Shown: in pieces, positions 63,335 through 64,000 of the stretch | Position numbering within the stretch: position 1 is the stretch's first letter | Layout: every line of letters begins with the position of its first letter | Assembly: GCF_006345805.1 (NCBI RefSeq) | Contig: NC_043016.1 | Span: 31,744,001-31,808,000, forward strand | Origin: Octopus sinensis | Taxonomy: Eukaryota | DNA length: 64,000 nt | Direction of reading: 5' to 3' | The notes under the pieces: model-generated | Told to the model about the DNA's origin: nothing | Database searches by the model: none | The model's input: only the letters and a program-made list of their open reading frames with translations | Position numbers and translations under genes: made by a program

Positions 63335-63680
63335 TGTAACTAAAGTTATCAGACTGCGGCCATGCTTAGGCACTGCCTTTAAGGGTTTAGTCGAACATAT
63401 CCACGTCAGTATTTATTTTATTTTCAAGCCTAGTAATTATTCTATCGATCTCATTTGCCGAACTGCTAAGTTACATGGACGTAAGCATACCTGCACCGGT
63501 TGTCAAGCGGTGGTGGTGGTGGGGCGAACGCAAAGACACACACATGCGCGCATACTACAGATTTCTTTCAGTTACCATTTACCAAATCCACTCACAAGGC
63601 TTTGGTCGACCTGGAGTTATAGTAGAAGACACCCAAAGTGTCATGCAGTGGGATTTGAATCCGAAACCGTGTGGTTGTTC
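63335..63680 (-). mobile_element. Family A SINE, decayed
   Basis: ccaaatccactcacaaggctttggtcgacc...tatagtagaagacac in reverse orientation. Confidence 0.8.
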
Positions 63681-64000
63681 TAATCATGTGGTCAGGATGA
63701 AACAAACTCCTTGCCTTTATTGCCCATGCCTGTGTCACAGAGTGATTCTCATTAAACGTCATTCCTACGTTTTTTGTAGCGGCTATCTTGAACGATGGGC
63801 AAGTGTTTTTTCTCTTGTATATTAGACCCATTTAAATATTCATGTAGAATGATATTGAGTTGGGCCATATTATTGTTCTTCAAAAATGCATAACCCTCCT
63901 TAAGATATAGATAATTGCGATCCACATTTTGAGGTGATTAAACTCAATTTAAATTTGTTTCAATTCAGAGCATGTTATGCATTCACTATAAGCGTGTTTA

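Overview
AT-rich, repeat-dense eukaryotic DNA. The SINE families, the (TA/TG)n, (ATT)n and (CAT)n microsatellites and the LINE mix look like an octopus (coleoid cephalopod) genome; this is an inference from pattern recognition, not a database match. The only host gene I recognise is the last two coding exons of a GRXCR1/2-like glutaredoxin, cysteine-rich gene (+ strand, 9293-9358 and 14027-14212). The rest is mobile DNA. Retroelements: several tRNA-derived SINE families, a near full-length CR1-clade LINE (minus, about 31.4-34.8 kb), CR1, RTE, R4/Dong and jockey/L2-like LINE fragments, a Gypsy-type solo LTR inserted in (TA)n, and a Penelope-type remnant with a decayed hammerhead. DNA elements: two Helitrons with both termini, a Merlin element carrying a nested Helitron and RTE copy, and many MITEs. 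The strongest leads are (1) a ~240 bp (TA)n-embedded element with the hammerhead ribozyme core motifs in a non-canonical, pseudoknotted order (10077-10142) and (2) a CR1 ORF1/ORF2 overlap with no ATG and two in-phase canonical -1 slippery heptamers. SINE and fragment boundaries were read by eye and are approximate (tens of bp); splice sites, termini and TSDs were counted.
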